From Methanomassiliicoccales archaeon (GTDB lineage Archaea; Thermoplasmatota; Thermoplasmata; Methanomassiliicoccales; UBA472), in the NCBI GenBank assembly GCA_028682895.1, contig JAJRAK010000057.1:60516-124515 (forward strand): a DNA stretch of 64,000 nucleotides, given 5' to 3'. The notes below the pieces were generated by a model. That model made no database searches. It was given only the letters and a program-made list of their open reading frames with translations, and was not told where the DNA came from. Position numbers and translations under genes: made by a program. Positions 62,905 through 64,000 of this stretch are shown here, in pieces (within the stretch, counting starts at the first letter, position 1; every line of letters begins with the position of its first letter).

Positions 62905-64000
62905 TCGATGAGCTGCAATTCGTCGTAGAGAGGATGAGGGCCGAGGGCGCGGACTTCTGTGATGCGCGCTACCAAGTGCTGACCGTGAACGGGGTGGCCG
63001 TCACGGACGGCTCCATCAGAAGGATATCCGAGGACCGCATGAGGGGCGCCTGCCTCAGAGCGAGGAAGAGGGGTTCCTGGGGCTATGCCACCACGGTGGA
63101 CATATCCAAGGACGCCCTGCTGGAGTCGGCGGTGAAAGCGGTCCGCAACGCTTTGGCCGGGGATGCCGAGGGCAAGCGCATACCTGACACCGGGGACGTG
63201 AGAGCGGACGTAAAGGCCGACGTAAAGCTGCACCCGTCCAAGGTGGGCATGGACGAGAAGGTCCAGGCGATCCTGGACCTCGACAAGGCGCAGAAGGTGG
63301 ACCCGCACATCGTCAACACCAACTCGATATTGCGGGAGGACGTGCGGCAGAACGTACTGGTCAACAGCTACGGAAGGCAGCTGAGCTGGGAAGAGGTGCG
63401 CACCACCATGTACGCGGAGGCGGTCGCCTCTGAGGCGGGCCGTACCGAGTTCTTCTACGACATCAACGAAGGACAGAAGGGTTATGAACTGGTCAAAGGC
63501 ACGGACATCGAGGCCATGGGCAGGGAGGTCGGCAAGGAAGCGATAAAGATGCTCTCCGCCGTCAAGGCCCCCTCCGGCCTGGTGACATGCATAACCGACC
63601 CCAGCATATCCGGGCTTCTGGCCCATGAGGTCATGGGACACGCCTCCGAGGCCGATGAGATCGTAAAACGCCGTTCGTTCCTGACGGACATGGTGGGCAA
63701 GAAGGTCGGATCGCCGCTCATCACCATGGTGGACGACGGGACCATCGCTGGCGCCAGAGGTTCCGTTCCTTTCGATGACGAGGGTACGCCCTCGTCGCGT
63801 ACGGTCATCATAAAGGACGGTGTGTACCAGGGGTACATGCAGTCCCTGGAGACGGCGGCGGAGATGGGAGTGAGACCGACTGGTAACGGTCGGGCCCAGA
63901 GCTACGACAGGAGGGTCTGGGTACGCATGACCAACACCTTCTTCGAAGCAGGGAAGGACAAGCTGGACGACATGATCGCCGACGTCAAGTACGGCGTTCT
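62901..64000 (+). CDS. TldD/PmbA-family metalloprotease (partial; continues beyond window)
   Basis: ATG at 62901 overlaps the upstream stop. LAHEVMGHASEAD (HExxxH) and ...GNGRAQSYD... are typical of TldD. No stop before the window end. Confidence 0.7.
   Translation, partial: MIDELQFVVERMRAEGADFCDARYQVLTVNGVAVTDGSIRRISEDRMRGACLRARKRGSWGYATTVDISKDALLESAVKAVRNALAGDAEGKRIPDTGDVRADVKADVKLHPSKVGMDEKVQAILDLDKAQKVDPHIVNTNSILREDVRQNVLVNSYGRQLSWEEVRTTMYAEAVASEAGRTEFFYDINEGQKGYELVKGTDIEAMGREVGKEAIKMLSAVKAPSGLVTCITDPSISGLLAHEVMGHASEADEIVKRRSFLTDMVGKKVGSPLITMVDDGTIAGARGSVPFDDEGTPSSRTVIIKDGVYQGYMQSLETAAEMGVRPTGNGRAQSYDRRVWVRMTNTFFEAGKDKLDDMIADVKYGV

Noticed and set aside
1-64000. CRISPR arrays, rRNA genes, transposases/integrases
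   Set aside because: No regularly spaced short direct repeats, no rRNA-like conserved stretches, and no DDE/tyrosine-recombinase ORFs were seen on either strand.

Overview
This 64 kb window is an archaeal chromosomal segment of about 58% GC. The archaeal assignment rests on family B DNA polymerase, ribosomal proteins L15e and L21e, RpoF/Rpo4, Pus10, aIF-1A, Rio1, archease, an intron-containing tRNA-Glu and split glutamate-synthase domains. Gene content is consistent with a Thermoplasmatota or Methanomassiliicoccales-like organism, but that is inference only. Around 60 genes are densely packed on both strands.

The backbone includes adk; the conserved ksgA - DUF655 - rpoF - rpl21e - pus10 cluster; the eIF1A - rio1 - KH cluster; polB with an Obg/YchF-type GTPase; and proAB. 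Accessory content includes:
- a tRNA-Leu-adjacent lower-GC segment with a 950-aa BspA-LRR/6xFn3 surface protein and a small RHH-containing two-gene module;
- an MMPL transporter with a TrmB regulator;
- a three-gene membrane glycosylation module (flippase-like, GT2 and GT-C);
- three REC-PAS histidine kinases and a flotillin.

Four items are most worth follow-up:
1. A 1.2 kb low-GC islet (about 42% GC) between pus10 and a QueG-like Fe-S gene. It encodes an RsbW-like GHKL kinase/ATPase with a novel N-terminal region, plus an overlapping DUF4325/STAS-like protein. This is a minimal kinase-antagonist pair of unknown function.
2. A complete partner-switching cluster: Cache sensor, 5TM-LytS-PP2C phosphatase, RsbW kinase, STAS antagonist and an MBL-fold protein. 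The STAS reading frame continues directly through the single TGA stop of rsbW.
3. An unusual glutamate-synthase-like operon. It holds an FAD-oxidase/ferredoxin, two tandem ferredoxin-FMN (GltB2-like) paralogs, and a GATase-GXGXG (GltB1+GltB3) fusion.
4. A ThiI-like THUMP protein with a degenerate PP-loop.

No CRISPR array, rRNA or transposase was seen. Coordinates follow the supplied ORF track; adjusted start codons were indexed by hand and may be off by 1 nt.
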